From the human T2T-CHM13v2.0 reference genome, Homo sapiens, in NCBI RefSeq assembly GCF_009914755.1, contig NC_060942.1: DNA of 64,000 nucleotides; one strand, given 5' to 3'. Position numbers and translations under genes: made by a program. The notes below the pieces were generated by a model that ran no database searches, was not told where the DNA came from, and saw nothing but the letters and a program-made list of their open reading frames with translations. Shown here piece by piece: positions 43,656-56,680 of this stretch; position 1 is the stretch's first letter, and each line of letters starts with the position of its first letter.

Positions 43656-44113
43656 CGCAATGGTTAATACTGAGTGGCAACTTGATTGGATTGAAGGATG
43701 CAAAGTATTGATCCTGGGTGTGTCTGTGAGGGTGTTGCCAAAGGAGATTAACATTTGAGTCAGGGCTGGGAAAGGCAGACCACCCCCGCCCCCCCAGCTT
43801 AATCTGGGTAGGCACAATCTAATCAGCTACCAACAAGGCTAGAATATAAGCAGACAGAAAAATGTGAAAAGACTAGACTGGCCTAGCCTCCCAGCCTACA
43901 TCTTCTCCCATGCTGGGTACTTCCTGCCCTTGAACATCAGACTCCAAGATTTTCAGTTTTGGAAATTGGACTGGCTCTTCTTGCTCCTCAGCATGCAGAT
44001 GGCCTATTCTGTGACCTTGTAATTGTGTGAGTTAATGCTTAATAGAATCTCATACATAGAATATATGTATTATTCCATTAGTACTATTTCTCTGGAGAAC
44101 CCTGACTAATACA
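43656..44113 (+). mobile_element. MLT2A1-like 5' LTR of HERV-L
   Basis: ATGGTTAATACTGAGTGGCAACTTGATTGGATTGAAGGATGCAAAG...GAGAACCCTGACTAATACA, followed by the PBS region GATTTTGGTAACAGGAGTGG. Confidence 0.95.
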
Positions 44114-44205
44114 GATTTTGGTAACAGGAGTGGTTCTAGAGGAACAGAATATTAAGGATGGAGTAATTTCATTGGTTTTGGGTTTCCTGGAATTGGCTGC
44201 TTGAT

Positions 44206-45904
44206 ATGATTATTCCTCAAAATGCTAAGGACTCTACTTCTAATAGTATGGATAACACTGATAGTCATTGGTGTGAACTGTTTAGAGAGTTATGCAAAAT
44301 AAATGCATTTGACACTCCTGATTCATCAGTCATGAGAGGCAAGGAGTTTGGTGACTCTAGACATAATACCTTTGACCATATGTGGAGAACCAAGGAACAT
44401 AATGAAACTGGTTGGTTGCTCCTAAGTTCACAAAACAAAGTGATGAAAGAAAATGATGAGCTCAAGGATTCTGTCTCCCGGTTTCAGAACCTGATACTGA
44501 GCCTCAAATCAGCTAAGATTGCCTGGAGTGAGAATCTTATCTCCTGTAGGGAAAGAGCTGAAATTGTGGAAAAACAGACACAAGCTCTTATCATGTGAGT
44601 TGCTGAACTGCAACAAAAGGTGCATGCACAGCCTCATCATGTGTCTACTGTTAAAGTGAGGGCCTTGACTGGAAAAGAATGGGACCCTGCAACTTGGAAT
44701 AGGGACTTGTGAGGGGACCCTGATGGAGCTGGGGACACTGAATTTGTAAACTCTGATGAACGTTTTGCCTGAAGAAACAGCTTCCCCATCCCCTGTACTA
44801 GCAACATCCCCATCCCACTGATCCATGCTGCCATCACCCTTTCCACCATTGTCTGAGGAGATAAACCCTGCACTGCCTGAGGCAACAGTGTTGGCCTCCC
44901 CTGAGGCAGTTGCCAGGAAAGATAGTGCTGATTCCCCTCAGGAGTCACCCCCAACACCTCTGTTTGCTTCTAGACCTATAACTAAACTAAAGTTCTCATA
45001 TGCAGCTAAAGGTGAGGTTGAGAGTGTGACCCATGAAGAGGCACATGACATTTTAAAAGGACTGTTTGAATTCTGTAATTTATATGAACAGAAATCTAGA
45101 GAACAGGCATGGGAATGGATACTAAGGGTATGGGATAATGGTGGAAAGAACACAGAGTTGGATCAGGCTGAATTTATTGATTTGGTCCCACTAAATAGTG
45201 ACTCTGCTTTTAATGTTGCAGCTCAGGGAGTTAAAAAAGTTTCTAATAGTTTATTTGCTTGGATAGCTGATATATGGATTAAAAGATGGCCCACTGTGAA
45301 TGAGCTGGAAAAGCCTGATCTCCCTTGGGTTAATGTAGAGGAAGGGATCCAAAGCCTTAGGGATATTGGGATGGTAGAGTAGATAAGTCACTTTAGAGCT
45401 ACTCATCCCAGCTGGAAAGGTTCAGAAGACATACTATTGACCAATGCCTTGTGAAATAGATCTGTGAGGGCAGCACCCGCATCTTTGAAGAGCCCTGAAA
45501 TTGCTCTTATTTCTACGTCATATCTAACAGTGGGAACTGCAGTCACTCAACTACAAAATTTAAACACAATGGGAATAACTGGATCCCAAGGTGGCAGGGG
45601 CCAAGTGGCAGCCCTAAACCATCAAAGGCAAGGTGGGCATAGCTACCTTAATGGACAGCAGAGGCAAAGTGGCAATCAGAATAGTCTTACTCGTGCAGAC
45701 CTCTGGCATTGTCTAATTAATCACACTGTTCCTAGAAGCAAAATTGATAAGAAGCCTACTGCATTCCTACTTAATTTATATAAGCAGAAAACTTATAGGT
45801 TAAATGGACAAAAGGCTAATTTGAGTTATAAAAACAGAGAATTACAGCCCCTCAATCAACTTCCAGACTTAAGCCTGTGTACAGACCCAGAACCCCTTGA
45901 ATGA
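44206..45904 (+). pseudogene. HERV-L gag (disrupted)
   Basis: ORFs 44206..44598, 44825..45382 (MHR-like EQKSREQAWEWILRVWDNGG) and 45464..45904, separated by stops and frameshifts. Confidence 0.92.
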
Positions 45905-45916
45905 AGTGGGGGCCAG

Positions 45917-46330
45917 GTGCCCTTCAGGAAGAATCCCACTACATTACCGACAATTTATGCAGTGAGTCTTTTTCCCATCCTTCCCCAAGGAGACCTCAGG
46001 CCTTTTACCAGGGTAACTGTGCACTTGGGAAAGGGAAAAGATCAGACATTTCAGGGATTACTGGACACTGGCTCTGAGGTGACGTTGATTTCAGGGAACC
46101 CAAAACATCATTGCAGTCCTCTAGTTAAAGTAGGGGCTAATGGAGGTCAGGTAACTAATGGAGTTTTAGCTCAGGTCTGACTTACACTGTGTCCAGTGGG
46201 TCCCTGGACTCATCCTGTGCTCATTTCCCCAGTGCCAGAATGCATAATTGGCATAGATGTACTTACCAGCAGGCAGATTCCCCACATTGGCTTCCTGATT
46301 GGTAAGGTGAGAGCTATTGTGGTGGGAAAG
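45917..46330 (+). pseudogene. HERV-L aspartic protease (disrupted)
   Basis: Catalytic motif GLLDTGSEVTLI, with an in-frame stop at 46180. Confidence 0.9.
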
Positions 46331-46369
46331 GCAAAATGGAAGCCATTAGAGCTGCCTCTACCTAAAAAA

Positions 46370-48160
46370 TGGTAAATCAAAAACAATATTGCATCCCTGG
46401 AGGGATTGCGGAGATTAGTGCCACCCTCAAGGACTTGAAAGACACAGGGATGGTGATTCCCACCACATCCTCATTTAACTCTCCCATTTGACTTGTGCAG
46501 AAGACAGATGAATCTTAGAGAATGACAGTGGATTATTGTAAGCTTAGCAAAGTGGTGACTCCAATTGCAGCTGCTGTACCAGATATGGTTTCATTGCTTG
46601 AGGAATTAACATATCTCCTGGTATCTGAAATGCAGCCATTGACTTGGCAAATGCCTTTTTCTCCATTCCTGTCCATAAGGCCCACCAGAAGCAATTTGGC
46701 TTCAGCTGGCAAGGCCAGCAATATACCCTTGCTGTCCTACCTCAGGGGTATATTAACTTACCGGCTTTGTGTCATAATCTTATTCTGAGAGAGCTTGATC
46801 ACTTTTCACTTCTGCAAGATATCGCACTGGCCTATTTACATTGATGACATTATGCCAATTGGATCCAGTGAGCAAGAAGTAGCAAACACACTGGATTTAT
46901 TGGTGAGACATTTGCATGCCAGAGGATGGGAAATAAATCCGACTAAAATTCATGGACCTTCTATCTCATAATATTTCTACTGGTCCAGTGGTGTGGGACC
47001 TGTCGAGACATTCCTTCTAAGGTGAATGATAAGTTGCCGTATTTGGCCCCTCCTACAACCAAGAAAGAGGCACAACACCTAGGGGGCCTATTTGGATTTT
47101 GGAGGCAACACATTCCTCATTTGGGTGTGTTACTCAGGCCCATTTATCAAGTGACCTGAAAGGCTGCCAGTTTTAAGTAGGGTCCAGAACAGGAGAAGGC
47201 TCTGCAACAGGTCCAGGCTGCTGTACAAGCTGCTCTTCCATGTGGGCCTTATGACCCAGCAGATCCAATGGTGCTTGAGGTGTCAGTGGCAGATAGGGAT
47301 GCTGTTTGGAGCCACTGGCAGTCCTCCATTGGTGAATCACAGCAGAGGCCTCTAGGATTTTGGAGCTAGGCCCTGCTATCTTCTGCAGATAACTAGTCTC
47401 TTTTTGAGAGACAGCTCTTGGCCTGTTACTGGGCTTTGGTGGAAACTGAACATTTGACTATGAGTCATCAAGTCACAACGTGACCTGACTTCCTATCATG
47501 AACTGGGTGCTTTCTGACCCATCTAGCCATGAAGTGGCATGTGCACAGCAGCATTCCATCAACAAATGGAAGTGGTATATACGTGGTCAGGCTTGAGCAA
47601 GTCCTGAAGGCACAAGTAAGTTACATGAGGAAGTGTCTCAAATTCTCATGGTCTTTCCTGCTGCCACCCTGCAGTTTCTCCCCCAGCCTGCACCAATGGC
47701 CTCATGAGGAGTTTACCATGATCAGTTAACAGAGGAAGAGAGGACTAGGCCCTGGTTCACAGATGGTTCTGCACGATATTCAAGTACCACCCGAAAGTGG
47801 ACAGCTGCAGTACCACAGCCCCTTTCTAGGACACCCGTGAAGGACAATGGTGAAGGGAAATCTTCCCAGTGGGCAGAACTTCAAGCACTGCACCTGTTTG
47901 TGCACTTTGCATGGAAGGAAAAATGGCCAAATTTGCGATTATATACCACTTCATAGACTGTAGCCAATGATTTGGCTGGATGGTCAAGGTCTTGAAGAAG
48001 CATGATTAGAAAATTGGTGACAAATAAATTTGGGGAAGAGTTATGTAGATAGACCTCTCTGAGTGGTCAAAAACTGTGAAGATATTTGTATCTCACGTGA
48101 GTGCTCACCAACGGGTGACCTCAGCAGAGGGAAATTTTTAATTATCAAGTGGATAGGATG
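46370..48160 (+). pseudogene. HERV-L reverse transcriptase / RNase H (disrupted)
   Basis: MTVDY, ANAFFSIP, LPQGY, TACATTGATGAC (YIDD, ~46837) and RNase H TGGTTCACAGATGGTTCT (WFTDGS, ~47753), with many stops. Confidence 0.92.
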
Positions 48161-48214
48161 ACCCATTCTGTGGACACCACTCAGCCTCTTTCCCTAGGCA
48201 CACCAGTCATCACC

Positions 48215-48900
48215 CAATGGGCCCACCAACAAAGTGGCCATGGTGACATGAGCTCAGAAACATGGACTTCCACTCACCAAGGCTGACCTGGCTACAGTCA
48301 CTGCTGAGTGCCCAATTTGCCAACAGCAGAGACCAATGCATATCAAGGAATGGCCTCAATACGGCACCATTCCTTGGGGTGATCAGCCAGCTACCTGGTG
48401 GCAGGTTGATTATACTGAACCTCTTCCATTATGGAATGGGCAGAGGTTTGTCCTCACTGGAATAGACACTTACTCTGGATATGGGTTTGCCTATCCTGCA
48501 CACAATGCTTCTCTCAAGACTACCATTCGTAGACTCACGAAATGCCTTATCCACTGTCATGGGATTCCACACAGCATCGCCTTTGACCAAGGTAGTCACT
48601 TTACAGCTAAAGAAGTGTGGCAGTCAGCTCATGCTCATGGAATTCCATGGTCTTACCATGTTCCCCATCATCTTGTAGCAGCTGGATTGATAGAACAATG
48701 GAATGGCCTTTTGAAGTCACAATTGCAACATCAACTAGGTGACAGTACTTGGCAGGGCTGGGGCAGTGTTCTCCAGAAGGCTGTGTATGCTCTGAATCAG
48801 CGTCCAATATAAGGTACTGTTTCTTCCATGGCCAGGATTCTTGGGTCCAGGAATCAAAGGGTGGAAGTGGAAGTGGCACCACTCACCATCCCCCTAGTGA
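48215..48900 (+). pseudogene. HERV-L integrase (disrupted)
   Basis: HHCC remnants (CPICQQ). ORF 48336..48812 contains WQVDY, GIDTYSG, DQGSHF and LIEQWNGLLK (DDE core). Confidence 0.92.
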
Positions 48901-48934
48901 TCCACTGGCACAATTTTTTCTCCCTGTTCCTGCG

Positions 48935-49230
48935 AACTTACATTCTTCTGGCTTAGAAGTCTTAGTTCCAGAGGGAGGAACGCTGCTACCAGGAGACACA
49001 ACAATCCTATTAAACTGGAAGTTAAGATTGCCACCTGGACACTTTGAGCTCCTCCTACCTTTAAGCCAACAGGCTAAGAAGGGAGTTAGTGTTGGCTGGG
49101 ATGATTGACCCAGACTATCAAGATGAAATCAGTCTACTATTCCACAACCGAGGTAAGGAAGAGTATGCATGGAATACAGGAGGTCCATTAGGGCATCTCT
49201 TAGTATTACCATGCCTTGTGATTAAGGTCA
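48935..49230 (+). pseudogene. HERV-L dUTPase (frameshifted)
   Basis: SSGLEVLVPEGG...LPPGHF followed by LAGMIDPDYQDEI (dUTPase motif III), split over two frames. Confidence 0.88.
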
Positions 49231-51280
49231 ATGAGAAACCACAACAGCCCTATCCAGGCCAGACTACAAATGACACAAGCCCTTCAGGAATGAAGGTTTG
49301 GGTCACACCACCAGGAAAAAAAAATTGACACAACCTGCTCCTTGCTGAAGGCAAAGGGAATACAGAATGGGTAGCAGAAGAAGGTAGTCATCAATACCAG
49401 CTATGACCATGTGACCAGCTTCAGAAACGAGGACTGTCATTGCCATGAGTATTTCCTCCTTCGTTTGTTAAAAACATGTTTGTGCATGTATACACTTGTG
49501 CAAACAAAATATCTTCATTTTATTTCCTTTTTCCTTTATCATGTGACATAAGGTTTATTGACTTAATATCAGCATGTAAGTATTGTTAACTTTATGTAAT
49601 AGTATTTGGGTTGGGGATTGGTGCAACTGTCTAAAATAACCTGTTATAGATCTGCAAATTTAGTTCAATATGTGGCAGAAGCTTAAAAGCTCAGTCCTGA
49701 TTAGAATTTGTAGTGGCATAGCTCTTGATGTAGTAATGGCTTATTATGTTTTAAAATGCCACTCTTCACCAGAAAAAAAGTAAAAATAATGGGAACAAAG
49801 GGTTATTTATAGGTGATTTTTATTTTCATAGAGTACTCTGTCACTTGAATAATATTTTTCAGCATTTCTTGTGTCTTTAAAAGGCTTTCTTTGAATTAAG
49901 TCATATTAATCAATAAAATTCTTTCATTTTCCTTGCCATTATCAAAGAACTTCCAATATATGGAAATCAATAATATTGAATGTATCCTAATACTAAAAAT
50001 GTAAAATATCAGAAAAAAGTTAAAATCTATTTTTAGATTAGCAGATATGTATACATTTACCCATATTTTTAATGACATTTTCTTTCTTAACTTTCAGAAT
50101 ATTACTAAATCAGTAATGATTTTGTGAGTAAGAATCATAACAATACATAGTTGGAAAACAAATTGTTCTCCAGATAATGTTTTGAATTAATCTATTACTT
50201 TCATTTTCCAAGGAGAAATGGTTTTGAATGGAGTGCCATGAACCATTACAGAAAATTTCTTCTCTGCAATTGTTTGATTTAAGGATTCAATTATCTCTTG
50301 GTGGAAAACCTATGCAGTGACCCTATGTAGAACATTTTAAAAATGTAATGAAAAAGGGAGGTATTTAAGTTATAGTTCATTAAAATACCAAAGAAATACT
50401 TAAAATACAGTACTAATAAAAAAGTAAATCTTGTGATTTTGCTCTTTTAATTTAAGCTCGAGTAACAAACAAGATGAATGTAATCTGCAGGTAACCTTAA
50501 AGAATAAATTTTATACAAAAATAAGCTTAGAGAAAAGCTTTGAATTTTTGAAAGTTATCACTGTTTAATTTTCCTACTGTTTTTCCAGTCATATGTGTTT
50601 TATTTAGTTTTTCTCATTCAATTTTCAGTCATTTCTGATTCGTTTCTAACTTGTGTTGGAAAAAATATTTAACTAGCAAAATCACATACATATACACACA
50701 TAGACACGGACAGAATGAAATTTGATTTGATGTTTCAGAGGCAGCATAATAAAAAACAACATATAATAAAAAGAATATTTTAAAATACAGTAATTTAGAA
50801 ACTTTATGAAAGTAATTTTCTCTAATCTCCATTCAATGATCCATAACTTTAAATTCTCATCAATATAGAAGTGTACTTAAACATGCCATTGGCTCAATCA
50901 ATAACTATAGCGTTGATTGACTCCTCTAATGTAGGAGTTAATGTTCCAGTTTATGAGTGATTTTACCCTGAACACTCTTAAAACTTAATGATAAAAAACT
51001 GTGATATAGCAAACATTGCTGCTATTTAAAAAGTCTGCATGAAAATATTGCAAGTAAGGCAACACTTCTTCTACTAATTAAATATTCTTAAGGCCCAATG
51101 GCAAGTATTGTATCCGCTCAACAGAAATAATTAATGTTGTTCAAAAGCTTTGCATGTAAACATAATAGTCTGCATCAAAAGAAAGATCTTTCTAATTCTT
51201 TAAAAGTATTCCTTGTTATATACACTACTAACTTTTAAAACAGGTTTGTATTGACCAAACAGAATTTTTTTTAGAGCAAT

Positions 51281-51703
51281 ATTCTCAGTTCCTTTAGTGT
51301 CACTATAAAGGAACAGCTGAGGTAGGTAATTGATGAAGAAAAGAGGTTTATTTGGCTCACAGTTCTGCACGCTTTACAGGAAGCATGGCACCAGCATGTG
51401 CTTCTTATGAGGGCCTCAAGCTGCTTCCACTTTAGGCAGAAAGAGAGCTGGAGGTGTGTGTAGAGATTACATGGCAAGAGAGAGGAAGCGAGTGGGGGTG
51501 GGGGGAAATACCACGTTCTTTTGAACAACTGGCTAGCCCTCCTGGGAACTAGGTGACAACTCACCCTTTCTCCAAGTTGGGGGTGAATCTACTCATGAGG
51601 AATCCATCCCCATGACCTAAAGATCTCTCATTTGGCCCCACTTCCAACATTAAGGATAAATTTCAACATGAGGTTTGCAGAGACAAACATCAAAACTATA
51701 GCA
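51281..51703 (-). mobile_element. MSTB-like solo LTR
   Basis: AAAAGAGGTTTATTTGGCTCACAGTTCTGC...AAACATCAAAACTATAGCA, with TSD GCAAT. Confidence 0.88.
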
Positions 51704-51844
51704 GCAATTATTCAATGATTGTAAACAATACACATGTGAAAACAGATACTAGAATCAAAAGTGTTTTTCTCTTTTTAATTCTAGAAAACATTTATCTTCT
51801 TATTATATAGTTTGGCCATTTCACGAAGACAAATGCACTCATTT

Positions 51845-52310
51845 CCTTAATTTGTTTTTTGTTGTTGTTTGAGCTCCTTATATATTTTGATTATTAACAT
51901 CATATTAGATGTATAGTTTGCAGATTTATTCTCCCAATCTGTAGGTTGTGTCTTTGCTCTGTTGATTCGTTCCTTTGCTGTGCAGATGCTTTTTAGTTTT
52001 ATATAATCCCAACTGTTTACATTTGCTTTTGAGGTTTTATTCAAAAATCCTAGCTTAGAACAATGTCTTAAAGTTTTTCCTTTGTGTTGTCTTCTAGCAG
52101 TTTGCTATTTTGAATTTTACAGTTAAGTCTTTAATCCATATTCAGTTAACATTTTGTATATGATAAGAGTTAAGGGTCTAATTTCACTCTTCTAATTGAT
52201 AACCGATTTTCCCAGCACCATTTTTTTTAAGGGGCTGTCCTTTCCCCATTGTGTGTATTCAGCAACTTTGTAAAAAATAAGTTTGCTCCAGTTGTGTGGA
52301 CTTATTTCTA
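51845..52310 (-). mobile_element. L1 ORF2 3' fragment (L1MA/PB-like)
   Basis: ORF 51847..52044 (WDYIKLKSICTAKE...QPTDWE). Confidence 0.9.
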
Positions 52311-53268
52311 ATAATGCCTGTTTTAGAAAAAAAGAGGAAATAGAAGTTAGACTTGTCAAATCATTTGGCCCAGAGAAGTCACCAGGTAGTTGTGTAAACT
52401 AAAGCTGCCAAGGTATACTGAAGGTTAAATTATGAAGTACATATTATATGTTCCTTGTTACCAAATTTGTAATTTAGCTCATTAACAATGTCGAGTTCAT
52501 ATAATTAATATTTAATAGTATTCGGTTTTGTTTTTAAAAAGAGCAGCACCATTGAATCAAGTAGGAATAAAGAGTAAAATGTATTTTATCTCTTTTTATT
52601 AACTATACTAGTACTTTATGAGGTATATTAAGAAAAGAATGCTATTCACATGATTTCTGATATAGACCATTCTTACTCCATATTTTATAACAATATGTCA
52701 GTATGTAAAAAGATGCATATTCAATTATGAGTATATATTTATACTCATGACCAACCAAAGCTATTCTTTGTAATATGCCAGTCACTGTGTTACTGAATAA
52801 TGTAAGGAACCAGAATTTCTAAATTTTCTACCCCACATTTGAGATTATATTTCTTAACAGAAATTTACTTAACTGTGAGGATGCTGTGTGGCAAGTATTT
52901 CTCATTCTCAATTTTTTTAAGAGGTAGAATTAAAATCAATTACAGATTGATTGTACATTAATAGTTTTACAAAAAGAAAGCTAGTATAATATAAATTTTG
53001 ATTCTCAAAAGGTAACAAAGTGATTAAGGGTTTCTCTGCCTTCAATCACCAAGAGATAATTTTATGAAAATAATTGAAAATACTGGCATGGTAAATTTAA
53101 CATAAAATTAATTTTACTTAATGATGTCATGTAATGGAAGCAAATGCTCAATGTATTTTTAAATAATTGTCTCTGAATTGTCATAACAATTTGAAAGTAC
53201 TTCTAGAGATACATGCATATATTTAAAATACGTATTTATTTGTTCTATGATTATATGGCATCTGACAA

Positions 53269-53553
53269 TTTTTTTAAAGATGAGATCTTGCTCTGTTGCC
53301 CAGGCTGCAGTGCAGTGTTGTGACCATAGCTCACAGCAGCCTTGACCTCTTGGTCTTAAGCCATCCTCCCGAGTAGGTGGGACTACAGGTGCTCACCACC
53401 ATGCTCAGCTATTTTTTTTTTTTAATTTTTTTTTTTATAGACAGGGGTCTCCCTACGTTGCTCAGACTGACCTTAAACTCCTGGGCTCAAGCAATTCTCC
53501 TGCCTTGGCTTCCCAAAGTGCTGGAATTACAGCATGAGATACCATGCCCGGCC
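53269..53553 (-). mobile_element. AluJ
   Basis: CATAGCTCACAGCAGCCTTGACCTC and ACTCCTGGGCTCAAGCAAT, with TSD approximately TGACAATT/TGACATTC. Confidence 0.93.
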
Positions 53554-54299
53554 TGACATTCTTTATAAAGAACACATTTTTAAAATTAAGCAAGTATTTG
53601 TACTCTATAAATATATACAACTATCATTTGTCAATATACAATAAAAATGAAATAAAATATTATACAGAAAAAAACATAAGTAAGAGTGCTTCCACGAGGG
53701 AGGAAATGACTTTATAGCTAATTCTTATGGTCTGCTTATAGGGATTCATACTAAAATGGGCTTCTTTGTATGACCCGATACATTAAATACCTGTTTCTAT
53801 TATCATTATTTTAATCAAAAGATCAGACTTAAAGTATATACATACAAACATCCATGTGTGCACAAACACACTCTTATTACAATAACGTGGGCTATTTCTG
53901 GAAGAAAGGCAACAAACTTTATCCATAGAGAAACTTTTCTTTCTTTTGTATGACTTTTGAATGTGTTAGCAGTGAGAAAAAAATAATGTAGGTTTTGAAG
54001 GGTGTTCTTAAATTAATGTCATTACTACAAGTACCAATGGTCCTGCAACACAAGTTTATGAAAAAACTGAATGTGACTTTTATGTTTAATGTTCTTCATT
54101 TCTCATGGGATTGAAGCTCAACCTTCCCAGGCACCTTGAAATTTTGGTGATAACCTGTATCATTGCTTATCCAGTTGCAGCCTGGAACCTGAAAGGGATA
54201 TTGAGCCTGGGGAAGAAACTAATGTAAGGGAAAAGAGTTTGTCCAATAAAGAAAGCAAAATTACTATGCACATAAAGAATTAGCATGCACATTTTCTAT

Positions 54300-54606
54300 A
54301 CATTTACCTGTCTATTTTTTGTGAACTTTGGGATTTTCTTTAATTTTAAATGGCTGTCACACTTTTATTTTTATTAATGTCTAGGAATGTTTTATACATT
54401 AAAGAAATTAGTCCTTAATTTATGTGTTATAAATATATTTTATAAATTTTAAATTGTACTTCAATGGTAAGATTTTTTGGTATATATCATCAGCTTTATT
54501 AATCTTTCAATTTATCATTTTCAGGTTTTGTGTTTGCTAAGTAAGGCCAATCTTACTACATATTGAATTGATTTTGTGTTATCTTCAAATAGTTTCAACT
54601 ATTTGA

Positions 54607-54640
<34 letters not shown>

Positions 54641-55010
54641 AACTATTTGAATTATTTGAAGATAACACAAAATCAATATGTATAAGACTGTGTATATATC
54701 TGTATAAAATTAATCTGCAATTTTTGTGTAAATGTCTAGATGATGTATTGTGTCTATACAATTTCTCTGAGTTCAGTTTTATGTGAATTTTAAGAAGTTT
54801 TGCTTCAATGGTATTCCATATGAATTTTCCTTATCATTTTACTAAATATTGTACAATTGGTTTTGGCTTTCCTTTAACAAAATAATAATTGGGCATTTTT
54901 TCACATTTGTATTTGGTTGTAAACTTCAAAATTACTTTATACATAGTAACTGGATCTCTATTACCAGTAGTAATATTTGTACTGTATTTAATTAATTTGT
55001 AAAATTGTTA
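54300..55010 (-). mobile_element. Very old L1ME-like fragment
   Basis: Degenerate reverse ORF2 3' motifs (TCTATTTTTT...TTTATACATTAAAGAAATTAGTCC, TTTTGTGTTTGCTAAGTAAGGCC). Confidence 0.45.
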
Positions 55011-55515
55011 CATCAGGAACATAAATTGTATCTTCATTTAAACAACATGAATTTTATTTTTCAAAACAAAACCTAACATGCATTGATGTGTGTCTATTTA
55101 TAGTTGTTATTTACCCAACGAATGTAAATATTCACACAGTTTTACCATAGGTAAATTAATGCATTTTTATGTGTTGTCCATACCCTACTGGGACTATTAT
55201 TTAACATATATATTTAATGTTAAATACCAAAAATTATATTTCAAACAAATGTGAAATATGCCTGACCCCAGTGGTTCTGGATAAAGAATTGTAGACCTGT
55301 TTTGGGGAATTAATTGATAAATATATTTTTCTATTTATACTACGTATAGCATCTGTTCCCTAATCTCTCACATGGACCTCATTAACAAGTCTAATGTTTT
55401 TTAACTCCAGAGATATATCACAAATCATTAAAAATTGAAACATTTAAAAATAGTCAAGAAGATTTTTAAAAATTGTATTCAGGTAAGTGACACAGTAGAT
55501 ATAAAAGTGATGTAT

Positions 55516-55775
55516 TTGGAGGCAGGCGGATCACTAGAGGCCAAGAATTCGAGACCAGCCTGGACTACGTAGTGAAACCCCGTCTCTATTAAAACAAAAA
55601 TTAGCAGGGCATGGTAGCACGCTCCTGTAGTCCCAGCTATTCAGGAGGCTGAGGCGGGAAAGAATCGCTTGAACTCGGGAGGTAGAGTTGCAGTGGACCG
55701 AGATCATGCCATTGCACTCCAGCCTAGGCGAAAGAGCAAGTCTCTGTAAAACAAACAAACAAAAAAACAAAACAC
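55516..55775 (+). mobile_element. 5'-truncated Alu
   Basis: Starts at GGAGGCAGGCGGATCAC and ends in an (AAAC)n tail. Confidence 0.93.
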
Positions 55776-55779
55776 AGAA

Positions 55780-56680
55780 GAAAGAAATGTTAAAGCAAGT
55801 TCTTAGGGCAAGATCTTCAAGCAAGGGAGAAAAGGGATAAGCAGAATAAAATTTAGATCTACCTAAAGGAAAAAAGATCAGAAATGCTAGTTACATGAGT
55901 AAATATATAAGATTTCCTTCTTATTATTCAATGAAGAAATTTTAAAAAATGATAAATTATTTTAACCAGAAGGAAAATAAAAACACGATATGTCAAAATT
56001 GATATCAGAAAAAGAAGACTGTCTCAAATAAATGACCCCAAATATTCCTTGAGAAACCAAAAGAGAAAGAGGAAATTAAACCAGAAGTAAATAAGGGAAA
56101 GAAAACAATAAAAATCAGAGTCCAAATCAGCGAATAGAAAACAAAAACTATTCCCAAATTTAATGAATTCAAAGGTTGGTTTTTGACATCAATAAATACG
56201 ATAAACTTTTTAGTCAGAATAATCAGGAAAAAAAGAGAGAAGACACAAATTACCAATATTAAGAATGATAGACCATATCAGGAAAGATTCTACAGATATT
56301 AAAATGAAAATAAGAAAATAATGCAAACAACTTTACCCCTATAAATGTGACAACTTAGACAAAAATTGAATTATACCAGCAAACCAAATTCATCAGCACA
56401 TTAAGTGAATTATACACCATGACCTAATAGGATGTATCCCTGGGATGCAAGAATGATTCAATATATGAAAATAAATCAATGTGAGAGACCACATTAACAG
56501 AATAAAAGATAAAACCACATGATTATCTCAATGGATGCACAAAAACACTTGACAAAATTCAACATCTATTTATGATAAAAACTCTCAGCAAAATAGATAG
56601 AGAAGTAACATACCTCAGCACAATAAAAGCTACATATGGAAAGTCCACAAGTAACATCATAGTAAATGGGAAAAACTGAG
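55780..56680 (+). mobile_element. L1 fragments (two subfamilies)
   Basis: ORF1-end/ORF2 remnants to ~56365, then a younger L1 RT piece (ATCCCTGGGATGCAAGAATGATTCAATATATG...ACAAAATTCAACATC). Confidence 0.85.

Larger units (their letters stand above)
44114..49625 (+). mobile_element. HERV-L internal region, 3'-truncated (no 3' LTR)
   Basis: Collinear gag, pro, RT, RNase H, IN and dUTPase remnants. Similarity ends at GGGTTGGGGATTGGTGC. Confidence 0.95.

Noticed and set aside
44206-49328. Functional or domesticated retroviral gag-pol, or a novel RT-based system
   Set aside because: Every domain carries stops or frameshifts. dUTPase after integrase with no env is the standard ERV-L layout.
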